From Hyphomicrobiales bacterium (lineage in GTDB: Bacteria > Pseudomonadota > Alphaproteobacteria > Rhizobiales > TMED25), in the NCBI GenBank assembly GCA_965204565.1, contig CBDBEU010000003.1, forward strand, positions 591,305-655,304: a stretch of 64,000 nucleotides of DNA. The letters run 5' to 3'. Made by a program: the position numbers and the translations under genes. Numbering within the stretch: the first letter of the stretch is position 1; the number at the start of each line of letters is the position of its first letter. The notes beneath the pieces are model-generated. The model was not told the origin of the DNA, did not search any database, and saw only the letters and a program-made list of their open reading frames with translations. Shown here piece after piece: positions 1-9,797 of this stretch.

Positions 1-839
1 CTGGCAAGGGTTTCCGCCCCAATGTGCTGGACCTTGGCGGCTGGAAGTGGCTGGCGCTCGGCTACAACCTCACCTACCTCCTGGTGGCGGTAGTGATGCC
101 TATTATGTGTCTTGCGGTGGTCAGTCTGCATCCGGTGTGGACGGCGGAAATTCTGCCCGACCAGATGAGCTTCAACAATTATGAGAAGACGCTGTTCTTC
201 TGGCGGCCAGATTCGATCAAGGCCGCGACCAACGGCATCTTCAACTCATTCTTCCTTGCCTTTACCGGTGCGACCATCGCCATGATCCTGGCGCTGGTGG
301 TGAGTTACATGATCCATCGCACCAAGGGATTCGGCTCAAGGCTGCTTGATTTCCTGTGCGTTGTGCCGATCGGATTTCCCGGCATCGTGCTGGCTATGGG
401 TGTGCTCGTGACCTACATCCAAACACCGATCTACGCGACATTGTGGATCCTGCTTCTGGGCTATATCACCCGCTTCTTTCCCTATGGTCAGCGCAATATT
501 TCCTCCGTGATGCTGGCGATTTCCGAAGAGCTCGAGCAGTCCTCGCGCATGGCCGGCGCCTCGTGGTTCACCACGTTGCGGCGGATTACCATCCCGCTCC
601 TGAAACCCGGCATTTTCGCCGGCTGGGTGCTGCTGTTCATCATCTTCCTGCGTGAGCTGTCGATTTCGATCATTCTGTATACCACCGGCACCGAAACGCT
701 TTCGGTGGGCGTCTACTATCTCGCCAATTTCGAGAACGAGCCGCTGACTTCTGCGCTGTCGATGGCCCAGACACTGGTGCTATTGGTGTGCATCTATGTC
801 TTCCGCCGGTTGGCGGGCCGCGAGGCATTGACGGCATGA
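1..839 (+). CDS. ABC transporter permease, C-terminal portion (gene runs off the 5' edge of the window)
   Basis: The frame is open from the window edge (track ORF 24..839). The protein is polytopic and hydrophobic, with an EAA-type cytoplasmic loop (SSRMAGASWFTTLRRITIPLLKPG) as in iron/polyamine-type permeases. Its stop overlaps the next start (ATGA at 836-839). Confidence 0.8.
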   Translation, partial: GKGFRPNVLDLGGWKWLALGYNLTYLLVAVVMPIMCLAVVSLHPVWTAEILPDQMSFNNYEKTLFFWRPDSIKAATNGIFNSFFLAFTGATIAMILALVVSYMIHRTKGFGSRLLDFLCVVPIGFPGIVLAMGVLVTYIQTPIYATLWILLLGYITRFFPYGQRNISSVMLAISEELEQSSRMAGASWFTTLRRITIPLLKPGIFAGWVLLFIIFLRELSISIILYTTGTETLSVGVYYLANFENEPLTSALSMAQTLVLLVCIYVFRRLAGREALTA

Positions 840-1954
840 GTTCGGGCAGGGTGGCAGAGCCCTATCTGGAAGTCGAACATCTGATCAAGCTGTTCGGCGA
901 GGACCGGGCGGTGGATGATGTGTCATTTTCTATCCCCGAAGGCTCGTTCCTGACGCTGCTGGGGCCGTCCGGCTGCGGCAAGACCACAACCTTGATGAGC
1001 ATTGCGGGTTTGCATCATATCGATGGCGGCCGCATTTCAGTTGGCGGGCTGACTTATACCGCGCCGGTGGACGGCGTGTTCCTGGCGCCGGAAAAACGCG
1101 ACATCGGCATGGTGTTCCAGTCCTATGCCATTTGGCCACATATGACGGTGGCGCAAAATGTCGCCTATCCACTAGAAATCCGCAAAATCAACAGGGGTGA
1201 GATCGACGACCGGGTGGCTGAGGTTCTGGCATTGGTTGGCCTTGGCGATTTCGCCGACAAGCTCGCGACCCAGCTTTCTGGCGGCCAGCAGCAGCGCGCA
1301 TCGCTCGCGCGGGCCATTGTCGCGCATCCGCGCCTGCTCCTGTTCGACGAGCCTTTGTCCAATCTGGATCTCAAATTGCGCGAGCAGATGCGTGTCGAGC
1401 TCAAGCGCATACAAAACGAGGTCGGCATTACCTCGGTCTATGTCACCCATGACCAGGCTGAAGCATTGGTGATGAGTGACGAGATCATCGTGATGAGCAA
1501 AGGAACGATCGAGCAGCGCGGCAATCCGCTCGATATCTACACCAACCCGGTCAATCGCTATGTCTCCAATTTCATTGGCATCGCCAATCTGCTCGATTGC
1601 CGGGTGCTGGAGGCCAATGGCGTTGATGGCGTTCATCACGGAACCGTCGAGGTGGCGCAGGATGGCGAGGCCATCCAACTCAAATGCCGGCTTGGCCCGG
1701 GCGTTGAGGCAGGCGCGCCGGCGGTTTTGTCAGTGCGACCTGAAAATGTGCGCGTTGCGCGCTCCAAGGATAGCGGCGACGCGCTTCCGGGCGAGATATC
1801 CAGCGTGGTGTTTCTGGGCAATTGCGTCGATGCGCAGGTCGATTGGGGCGGCTTTGAATGGAAGGTGCTGGGCCATCCGCGCGACGGGTTGAAGGTGGGC
1901 GAGAAGGTCTATCTCAATCTTGATCCTGATCACACGCTGGCGGTGCGGCCATGA
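836..1954 (+). CDS. ABC transporter ATP-binding protein (PotA/FbpC-like with TOBE-type C-terminus)
   Basis: Walker A GPSGCGKTT, signature LSGGQQQR and Walker B LLLFDEPLS are present. ATG 836 is in the frame of track ORF 788..1954 and overlaps the permease stop. Confidence 0.9.
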   Translation: MSSGRVAEPYLEVEHLIKLFGEDRAVDDVSFSIPEGSFLTLLGPSGCGKTTTLMSIAGLHHIDGGRISVGGLTYTAPVDGVFLAPEKRDIGMVFQSYAIWPHMTVAQNVAYPLEIRKINRGEIDDRVAEVLALVGLGDFADKLATQLSGGQQQRASLARAIVAHPRLLLFDEPLSNLDLKLREQMRVELKRIQNEVGITSVYVTHDQAEALVMSDEIIVMSKGTIEQRGNPLDIYTNPVNRYVSNFIGIANLLDCRVLEANGVDGVHHGTVEVAQDGEAIQLKCRLGPGVEAGAPAVLSVRPENVRVARSKDSGDALPGEISSVVFLGNCVDAQVDWGGFEWKVLGHPRDGLKVGEKVYLNLDPDHTLAVRP

Positions 1955-3069
1955 GTGATACAAATAAGCCGATGGTCGAGATCGAGCATCTGAACAAGGT
2001 TTTCGGTCATGAGGTCGCTGTCGATGATTTCAATCTGGATGTTGCCGAGGGCGAGTTCGTCACGCTGCTGGGCCCGTCCGGCTGCGGCAAGACGACGACA
2101 CTGCGCTGCATTGCCGGGCTTGAGCGGCCTGATGGCGGCGAGATCCGCATTGGCGGCGACACAGTCACCGCGCCCGCACGCGGCATTCATCTGACGCCCG
2201 AGCAGCGCAATATCGGCATGGTGTTTCAAAGTTATGCGGTGTGGCCGCATATGACGGTGTTCGACAATGTCGCCTATGGGCTGAGGGTGCGGCGCACGCC
2301 GGCAGCCGAGCGTCAGACGCGCACCATGCGCGCGCTCGAGCTTGTCGGGCTGACCGATTTTGCTGATCGCTATGCGACCAAACTGTCGGGCGGCCAGCGC
2401 CAGCGTGTCGCCCTTGCGCGCGCCATCGTCTATGAGCCGCGCGTGATTTTGTTCGATGAGCCACTCTCCAATCTCGATGCCAAGCTGCGCGAGCAGATGC
2501 GCGATGAACTGGTGCGCCTGCAAAGGGAGGTTGGCATCACCTCGGTCTATGTCACTCATGACCAGGGCGAAGCGTTGGTGATGAGCGACCGGGTGGTGGT
2601 AATGGACAAGGCGGTGATCCAACAGATCGGCAGTCCACAGGAGATCTATGCCGAACCGGCCAACAGTTTCGTCGCCGGGTTTATCGGCGTTGCCAATCTG
2701 ATAAAGGGCACGCTCAAATCGCGCCGCGGCCAGGTCTGCGAGGTCGAGATTGCGGCCAAGGATGGTAGCGACGGCTTTGCGCTGAAGGCTCATGGCGGTG
2801 AAGGAGTTGCGGCTGGTGATGGGCTCTTTATCAACATTCGCCCTGAGGATTTCAGCCTGCATCTGGACGAGCCGAAATCGGCAAGCGGCGGCAATGTGTT
2901 GAAAGGCGCGGTGATCGATACGGTGTATCTGGGCAATTGCGCCGAGGCGCGTATCAGCGTCGGCGGCCATGAGGTCGGAATTCAGATCGATCATTATGAA
3001 AATCTGGTATCGGGTCAGCCGGTCTATCTGACATTCAAGCCGGATCACGCGCTTTGTCTGGCGAGCTGA
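1951..3069 (+). CDS. ABC transporter ATP-binding protein (second, paralogous ATPase of the same system)
   Basis: Walker A GPSGCGKTT, signature LSGGQRQR and Walker B ILFDEPLS are present. The start overlaps the upstream stop (ATGA at 1951). Confidence 0.9.
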   Translation: MSDTNKPMVEIEHLNKVFGHEVAVDDFNLDVAEGEFVTLLGPSGCGKTTTLRCIAGLERPDGGEIRIGGDTVTAPARGIHLTPEQRNIGMVFQSYAVWPHMTVFDNVAYGLRVRRTPAAERQTRTMRALELVGLTDFADRYATKLSGGQRQRVALARAIVYEPRVILFDEPLSNLDAKLREQMRDELVRLQREVGITSVYVTHDQGEALVMSDRVVVMDKAVIQQIGSPQEIYAEPANSFVAGFIGVANLIKGTLKSRRGQVCEVEIAAKDGSDGFALKAHGGEGVAAGDGLFINIRPEDFSLHLDEPKSASGGNVLKGAVIDTVYLGNCAEARISVGGHEVGIQIDHYENLVSGQPVYLTFKPDHALCLAS

Positions 3070-3285
3070 ATTCTCACGGTGATTGATACGGCCGGGTCGA
3101 CCTCGGCCATGAGCGGCGCGGCACAGTCAGGCTCTGTTGCGCCCCGATCAGTTCCATGTTGAGCAAGCGTGAGCGCACCGGCCATCTGACTCAAATCGCC
3201 TCGATGACGGCGTTCAGCATCGGTATCATGGTGCAAAAGGGACTGACCGCTTGGCGAATGGTCAACTATGAAAAGTGCCTGATAG

Positions 3286-3525
3286 ATGAACTATGAAAAC
3301 AAGGAGACGCCTATGCAGACTGCAAGGCTATTGGAAGGCGCTCGGAGCAAACTTGTTGAGGCAGTAACGCGCAACCGCCTAATCCACGTGAACCGGAATG
3401 CAAAACGTTCCAACACGCTAAATGTCATCAACGAGAGGTCTGACGATGTTTTCTCGATCTTGCGGGCTAACGTGCGACGAATGAAGTTTGCAGCCACGGC
3501 GAGCGAAGAGGATGAAGAAGACTAG
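3286..3525 (+). pseudogene. N-terminal stub (~70-79 codons) of a DUF4011-type SF1 (Upf1-like) helicase, cut off where an IS3 element begins
   Basis: SKLVEAVTRNRLIHVNRNAKRSNTLNVINERSDDVFSILRANVRRMKF resembles the conserved N-terminal DUF4011 motif (rNrLlnf...l.i.de.pd.vf..L). A good SD (aaggaga) precedes ATG 3313. Such proteins normally exceed 1000 aa, and here the frame ends at the IS3 junction. The assignment is from memory of the family, not a search. Confidence 0.45.
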
Positions 3526-4516
3526 GATGACGAAGAGAAAGAACCATTCGCTCGGGTTCAAGGCCCCCGGGTTCAAGGCCAGGGTCGCGCTTGAGGCGAT
3601 CCGCGAAGAGATGACGCCGGCGGAGTTGTCGAAGAAATACGGCGGGCATGCGACCCGGATCAGCACGTGGAAGCGGGCAGCGATCCGGAACACGGCGTCT
3701 GCGTTTGACCGGCGGGGGCCGATCCGGCCCCGGCCGGTACGGTCGAGATCGAGAAGTTGCATTCCAGGATCGGGCGGCTTGTTGTCGAGCGGGATTTTTT
3801 GGCCGATGCCCCGGTTCGGCGGCTCGGGACGCGAGGCAAAAAACGGTGAGCAAGGATCATAAGCCGGGCGTTCGGCGTCAGTGCGCATTGCTGACGCTGA
3901 CGCGGTCCAGGCTCTACGATCAGCCGAAGGGCGAGAGCGCAGAGAACCTGCGCTTCATGGCAATCATGGACAGGCAGTTCCCGGAAACGCCGTGGTACGG
4001 ATCGCGGTAAATGGCGTGGCATATGCAGCGGCGGAGCCGCATGTGCGGACGGCACCGTGTCCGCCGCCGCCGTCTGATGCGCCTCATGCGGCCGGTCCCG
4101 ATCTACCGGGAGCTCGACAGCAGCAAGAAACACCTGCATCCCGATGCGTGGGGGCTTCCTGTATCTGGTGGCAATCATGGACCGGTACAGTCGAAAGGTT
4201 CCGGCTTGGCGACTGTCGAACACGCTCGAGGCAGACTTCCGTGCGGATGCCTTGAAGGAAGCGCCGGCCGGGCACGGCAAGCCGGAAATCTTCACCACAC
4301 TCACCCGGGCGCAGATCCTGATCGAGCAGTGGTCGCGCTTCTACAACACCGAGAGGCCACACTCGTCGCCGGGCTCTCGCCCACCTGTACCTGAAACGGT
4401 ATTGCCGAGGAGGCCGACAATCCCATACGCTGCAACCCTGATCGGCCGAACCGTCGATTGGACCTTGGTCGGATTCCAACTCAAAGGCCGGGTCACCAAA
4501 AAGACCCCGCACAGGT
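3500..4516 (+). mobile_element. IS3-family element, degenerate (orfA-like start at 3527; orfB pieces in at least 3 frames)
   Basis: orfA-like MTKRKNHSLGFK...ELSKKYGGHATRISTWKR. orfB pieces are KDHKPGVRRQCALLTLTRSRLY, FLYLVAIMDRYSRKVPAWRLSNTLEADF and FYNTERPHSSPGSRPPVPE. The left boundary is approximate. The right boundary is set by where similarity to the second copy of the 3' end (56188..56310) stops. Confidence 0.8.
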
Positions 4517-4715
4517 GAAGCCGAAACACCTCCGACATGCGCATGACGGCTTCGCACGCCATCTCCGCTTTTACAGACATCGCATGGGCAATGAACTCTA
4601 TCCGCCCGCACCGGCAGCGCGGCAAGCAGCCGGCATTCACATCACCATTTGCCCTTGCCGCAATGATTGGTGAAATTCCGGGAGGCCCGTGTCATAATGC
4701 GACGGTCACCCTTGG

Positions 4716-4791
<76 letters not shown>

Positions 4792-4849
4792 GGTATTTCA
4801 AGGAGTTGGAGAAAAATGTTCGGCTGACCACCCTGGAACGCCCCGCTAA

Positions 4850-5132
4850 AGCAACCAGAAAGCAACAACCCGTCCGGTCCGCCGGCAGACGTGTAGCCGT
4901 CGACCACGAATTTGCCCATCGAGGTGAGCGCGCCGCCGGCATAGCCGAACAGGGGTTCCAGAATGGCGCCTTCGTTCGGCAGGGCGATGGCATAACCGCG
5001 CCAGTCGAACGTGCATTCGAGCGTATCGCTTTCCTGTCCGCTTTCGTCCCTGATTCCGCACGAAATGAGCCTGGAATAGAAAATGCCGTTGACCGGCGAA
5101 CCGCCTGCCAGCACCCTGATGACCGGACGCAT
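4850..5132 (-). pseudogene. Phage late control protein D (P2 gpD-like), N-terminal ~95 codons only
   Basis: MRPVIRVLAGG...IRDESGQESDTLECTFDWRG...GAILEPLFGYAGG...MGKFVVDGYTSAGGP matches the gpD N-terminal pattern. The rest of track ORF 4692..5132 is non-homologous read-through into the tRNA. Confidence 0.7.
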
Positions 5133-5135
5133 GGA

Positions 5136-5378
5136 TCAGCCCCATAGCCGGTTCGGGCCGATCGGTGTTTCCGTCTCGGCATCCGGCATGACAATTTCGG
5201 TCCCGACCGGCACGTTGTGACTCACTTCCGCCAGGCCCGGATTGAGATCGAAGATTTGCTCGACATAACCGGAGAGCCGGGCGGCGCGGTTCGGGTCGTC
5301 GGGATAGAGCTTCTGGCGAAACCTCCAGGCGATTTCCTCGATGCCCATTTCGGTGCCGGTGACCTTGACCGTCGCCAT
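5136..5378 (-). CDS. Phage tail protein X (P2 gpX-like)
   Basis: 80 aa. NPGLAEVSHNVPVGTEIVMPD...NRLW matches the gpX pattern, and the gene lies between gpD and gpU/T remnants as in P2-like tails. Confidence 0.75.
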   Translation of the reverse strand: MATVKVTGTEMGIEEIAWRFRQKLYPDDPNRAARLSGYVEQIFDLNPGLAEVSHNVPVGTEIVMPDAETETPIGPNRLWG

Positions 5379-6910
5379 CAGAACAGCCCTCCAAATGCAC
5401 CGCCCCCATAGGGGGAGACGGTGACCGGGAATTCCAACTGCTTTCCCGCGCCGCTCCGGTCGATGTGAAATTGCGTGTCGGAAACCATCTCAATGATGAC
5501 CAGACCGAAGACACGCCCCGGTGTCGCGCCCGAAAACCCGACCATCATCACAGGCGATCTGAGCTTGTTTCCGGCCCGCTCCGCTCCAGCCTCGAGTGCA
5601 TCGCCGACACGACCGGCATCGGATACGAAATCGGTGAACGCCTCGCCGATCTCGCGCACCGCTTTTTCTTCACCGATCGGTCGCGGCGTCGGCAATGCCG
5701 CACGCTCCCGGAAGGCGGCAAGGGCCGTTCCGAGTTCGCGACCGGCTGCGCTGAGCGACACGGACTGAACAGCCTGCGTCACTCGATCAAACCATTGCGG
5801 GTTCGGTTCGGTCATTCCGGACCCGTCCGATTTCGGCGCAGCGGGCTCTGGCGCAGGTGTCTCGGACGGTGCCGGTTGTTCCGGCTCATCGACAAAGCCG
5901 GCCTTTTCGGCGAGCCATTTCATCCAGCTCGGCTGCTCCGGCCAATCGATATCGAATGAGATCAGCTCGCCAAGGGCATCAAACCTTGTACTGAACCAGT
6001 CTGTCAGGTCAGACCAGGCTTCTTCCATGCCGTCAATAATGAGCTCGACGATCAAAGTGCCAAGAGTGAACCGATATGTGATTGCCGACCGGATCGCGTT
6101 CCCGAGCCACTTGCCGATGCGCCGGCCGGCCGCTTCGACCTCGCCCTTCTCGGCATCGCTGGGCTGCTCCTGCGTGAACAGGTCGGAAAAGAAATTGTCA
6201 ACGGCGTCCCTGGCCCTGGCAAGCCGGGCATCAACGCCGGAGAAGTCGAACCAGCGGTCGAACGCGGCCATCGCCGCCTCGGCGTCTATTCCGATTATCC
6301 CGGCGATCTCGTCCACCCAGCCACGAACATCCGAGACAAGGCTTTCCCACTTGCCTGAAATCCATTCGATATCGGGTGCAAAAGCATCGTAAAGGCCGTC
6401 TCCAAAACCCTTCATGAACGCTTTGAAACGCTCCCGGTATTTCCAGAGCAGGAAGACAGCCGCTGCGATCAGGACGATGGTGAGAACGACCGGCCATCCG
6501 GCAGCTGCGATCGCCGACAAGGCCGCAACGGCAGCGGTGCGCAGACCGGTAAACAGCGTCGCCAGAGCCGTTCCCCTGCTGAAGGTCGCAAGCATGTGCA
6601 ATCCCGCCAGTGCGCCCTTGATCCGCCCGGGTGCGATCGATGCCAGAAACCAGCCGGCAGAACGGGCCAGACGACCGAATATCCGGCCGGCGCCCGCAAG
6701 CATCCTGAGTGGCCCGGCCAATAGCGCCACATTGCGACCGGCGCGGCCAAAGCGCATGAACAGGCCAAGAAACCTGAACAGTCGCAGGCCGAACGCTGCC
6801 CAGAGGAAACCGGCCACGCGCGATGCAATGCCGAAGGCCAGCATTGCGGCTGCGCTCTGCACGAGCACGCTTGCCGGTTCCGGGTTGGCCTGTGCCCAGG
6901 CGGCAACAAC
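5378..6910 (-). pseudogene. Phage tail tape-measure protein, 5'-truncated and fused in frame to the last ~50 codons of a gpU-like tail protein
   Basis: The protein is Ala/Gly-rich with TM-like tape-measure features (…AAVAALSAIAAAGWPVVLTIVLIAAAVFLLW…). Its C-terminus, GRVFGLVIIEMVSDTQFHIDRSGAGKQLEFPVTV, looks like a gpU C-terminus. The frame is closed by a stop at ~6911, where unrelated sequence begins. Confidence 0.65.
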
Positions 6911-6911
6911 T

Positions 6912-7074
6912 CACACTGCTGATCGGCAAGCACTTCGGCAATATTCGGATGCCGGTTGAAAAATATCTGCCCAAACCGGTCATCGATCCGCTCACGATCC
7001 GCATGAGCGAACTTATGGAGCAGCGCGGCAAAACCAAAGGCAAAGAGCCGGGTGAAGATGGCGATGTGTTATGA
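6912..7074 (+). pseudogene. C-terminal ~53-codon remnant of the gene that originally preceded the HerA-like ATPase
   Basis: The frame reads ...TLLIGKHFGNIRMPVEKYLPKPVIDPLTIRMSELMEQRGKTKGKEPGEDGDVL and ends in an ATGA overlap with the ATPase start at 7071. Upstream it abuts the truncated tape-measure gene on the other strand. Family unknown. Confidence 0.35.
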
Positions 7075-9252
7075 CCACGACCGTCGAACGCATCGGCACG
7101 CTTTCAGTCGGCCGGGTTGATGCCGTCACCGCCGAAGAGTTGTGCATCGCGCTTTTCAATGAAACTCCACAGGCGACCGCGTTGAATACCGGCACGCCTA
7201 CCGGTTTTCCGCGCGTCAATGCCTATGTACTGATACAGAACGAGATCGGCGCGGTCGTCGCGGTAATCAAGGAAATCTGCATCGTTCGTGCTAAACCGGC
7301 TCCCGGAAAGCACGACGATGCCCTTGTGGACCTTCCATATCCTGCCCGGACTATTTTGGCCATTCCGTTCGGCACACTGCTGCTTGAGGGAAATGACGGC
7401 GACGGCCAGCCACGCTATGCACTGGAACGCGGCATTCCGGTGCTGCCTTCGGTTGGCGATCCGGTTCTCCTTCCAACGGCAATGCAACTTCGTTCCATCG
7501 TCGAAGCCAAAACCGACGACCGCTTGATCCGGATTGGCTCTGCTCCTTTTGCCGACAACGCTCATGTATGTGTACCCCCGGACAAGCTGTTTGGCCGGCA
7601 TCTTGCCGTCCTTGGCAATACCGGCAGCGGGAAGTCCTGCTCCGTTGCCGGTGTTGTCCGCTGGTCGCTTGAAGAAAGTGCGGCGGCGAAGGCCTCGCAA
7701 GCGACAACGCAGAAAGGTGAAAAAGCCCAGCCGACCAATGCCAGGTTCATCATTCTAGACCCCAACGGCGAGTATTCACAGGCCTTTGAGGATGGCGCGT
7801 TGCCGGTCAGGCGCTTTTCGGTTGGCGGTAGCGACGGCGCGATTCCACTCACAGTGCCGGGCTGGCTTTGGAATGGACAGGAGTGGCGGCTTTCACGTCC
7901 GCGCAACCCGGAGTTCAGCGCCCCGTATTGCTCGGAGCACTGCGGCGGTTGCGCAATGCAGATGCGACCGCCCTGACGAAAAAAGCACAGGCGATCAATC
8001 GCTATATCAATTATGTCCGGCGGATTGAGCAGAACTATGCGGACCTGCCTCAAAGCGTTACCGGCTTTCCGCAAAACAAAGACTTCGGGTCACTGCTAGA
8101 GAGCCTGATTGAAATGAGTAAATGCGACGAGAAAGAGCTTGCCACCTGCGGCAATGAGACAGCCGATCTCGTGACCGCGATTGCGGCAATACGCGATCCG
8201 ATCGAGCAGGTGCGTACCAAGCGCCATTGGGTCAAGGGGACCGGATACAACGATTTCCAGTCTGGATTGACCTTCAAGCTGTTCTAAAGGCACTCCGCAC
8301 GATCACCGAAGCCTTTCCAATCGCTGCAACTCACGGCGAGATCAGCGAAGATGCACCGGTGCGGTTTGATGTCGTGGCACTTCCTGACTGTATCCGTAAT
8401 GTTGCTATGGAAACGGGCGGGCGGGCGGTTAATAACGTCGAACCGCTTATCAACCGCGTCTAGGTCATGCTTGGTGATGCCGGGCTCCGTCCGGTCATCG
8501 ATACCGAAGGTGCAGCTTCGTTCAGCGAGTGGCTGGCAGGCCTGCTTGGTCCCGGTGAAGGCGCTCCCGAACCGCTTGCTATTCTTGATCTCTCACTCGT
8601 GCCATCGGATGTTGTACATATTGCCGTTGCCGTGATTTCGCGACTGATATTCGAGGCACTGCAACGCTATATCAAGGAAACAAACGAAGCCCTTCCGACT
8701 GTGCTCGTGCTGGAGGAAGCGCACAGCTTCGTGCGCAAGAATGCCGATATTGGTGCGAGCGAACAGGCCGCTGATCTATGCCGCCAGACCTTTGAGCGAA
8801 TAGCAAGGGAAGGGCGGAAATTCGGTCTTGGGCTGGTTCTGGCATCGCAACGCCCGTCCGAACTCTCGCCGACAGTCTTGGCGCAGTGTAACTCGTTCCT
8901 GCTCCACCGCATCGTCAACGATGTCGATCAGAATCTTGTCCGCCGTCTTGTTCCCGACGCTTTGGGCGGGCTTCTCGACGAGCTTCCCATGATTCCTTCG
9001 CAGCAGGAAATCCCTCTCGGCCGGGCAGCCACCATACCCGTTCCCGTTCGCATCCGCGACCTGCAAAAGCCGCAGCGCCCGCGTTCGGATGATCCGAGTT
9101 TCTGGCACACATGGCTTGGCTGCAAAGGCGCTCCGCCAAACTGGACGCAAGTGGTCAAGACATGGGAAAAACCAGACGAAGAGGTCCACCAAGCGCAGAC
9201 CACGGAAAGTATCGCAGGTGACGATATCGACCCAGAACCGAACGAGGCATAG
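7071..9252 (+). pseudogene. HerA-like (DUF87) ATPase, inactivated by two frameshifts and one in-frame stop
   Basis: An N-terminal barrel-like region is followed by Walker A VLGNTGSGKS (~7615-7645), ARFIILDPNGEY and Walker B-like VLVLEEAH (~8700), then REGRKFGLGLVLASQRPSEL and NSFLLHRIVN. The reading frame changes near 7886 and near 8260-8280, and there is an in-frame TAG at 8461-8463. Confidence 0.8.
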
Positions 9253-9797
9253 TTATCGAGAACGCGCAATTTGACTCTGCTCTTCCGACAAATCCGGCGA
9301 AACGAAAAGAGGCAGGGTGATCGGTCAACTGAGAACATCAGACTTCATTTGCGTGGTCTACCTCAAAATCGGTATTTCATCCGCGGCTTTGCTTTATCTG
9401 TATGTGTTCGTTTGTTTTTTCCGGTTGTCTTCCGAGGTCAACCAAAATGGTCCACCTCAAATTGGATTTTCCCGCAATATCACAACGCCGGTTCCGACGT
9501 TTTCACGACCGCCTTCAAATCCTCAAAGTCCTGGATTTCCGGCATTTTCGGGCCGCAATCAAAAACCCTTCACAGCCGGTTTGAAGGGTCGTTGAAGGTC
9601 GTTGCCGATTTTGCCTTCAACACCGATTTTTCCGTCAAATTCTCAAACCAGATGTCAAACTACAGCCGGCAATGGCGAACCTCGTCTAGACTGGGCGGCG
9701 CTGCGCGATATATCACGGCGCTAACGCAGCACAAATCATACAATCCCGAGGCATTCTGGCGCGGTGAGGGTACATTCAGCGCGGCGTTTTCGTTTGC
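9253..9797. other. Low-GC, T-rich spacer with recurrent short motifs and hairpins; contains a 176-codon open frame (9271..9801, TTG start) of doubtful coding status
   Basis: By eye this is ~45-48% GC against ~60% around it. All three plus-strand frames stay open for 60-176 codons, and the minus strand has no ORF of 60+ codons between ~9340 and 9775. Motifs YCTTCAA/CCTCAAA/GTCAAA recur ~8 times in 9465-9660. There is a tandem TTGAAGG(G)TCG at ~9580-9602, plus hairpins CCCTTCA-N8-TGAAGGG (9566-9587) and GTTGAAGG-N15-CCTTCAAC (9590-9620). Confidence 0.5.

Noticed and set aside
1930-3048. 372-codon minus-strand ORF covering the second ABC ATPase gene. Similar long antisense ORFs occur at 37183..38571, 35665..36459, 41895..42710, 46860..47552, 56583..57245, 57370..58029 and 17344..17934.
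   Set aside because: They are shadow ORFs typical of high-GC DNA. Each lies antisense to a gene with unmistakable family motifs, and their translations are low-complexity and Arg/Ala/His-rich with no recognisable domains.
3070-3285. Intergenic region after the ABC operon, including the imperfect palindrome GGCCGGGTCGACCTCGGCC, considered as a terminator or regulatory element
   Set aside because: The stem is imperfect and lacks a T-tract. The 63-codon antisense ORF 3045..3236 has no recognisable features.
5378-6868. Reading the 496-codon ORF as an intact tape-measure gene of a functional prophage or tailocin
   Set aside because: Its 5' end is cut at ~6911 by unrelated DNA. Its 3' end is a fusion to a gpU tail, the neighbouring gpD is a stub, and no sheath, tube, baseplate, capsid or integrase genes are present.
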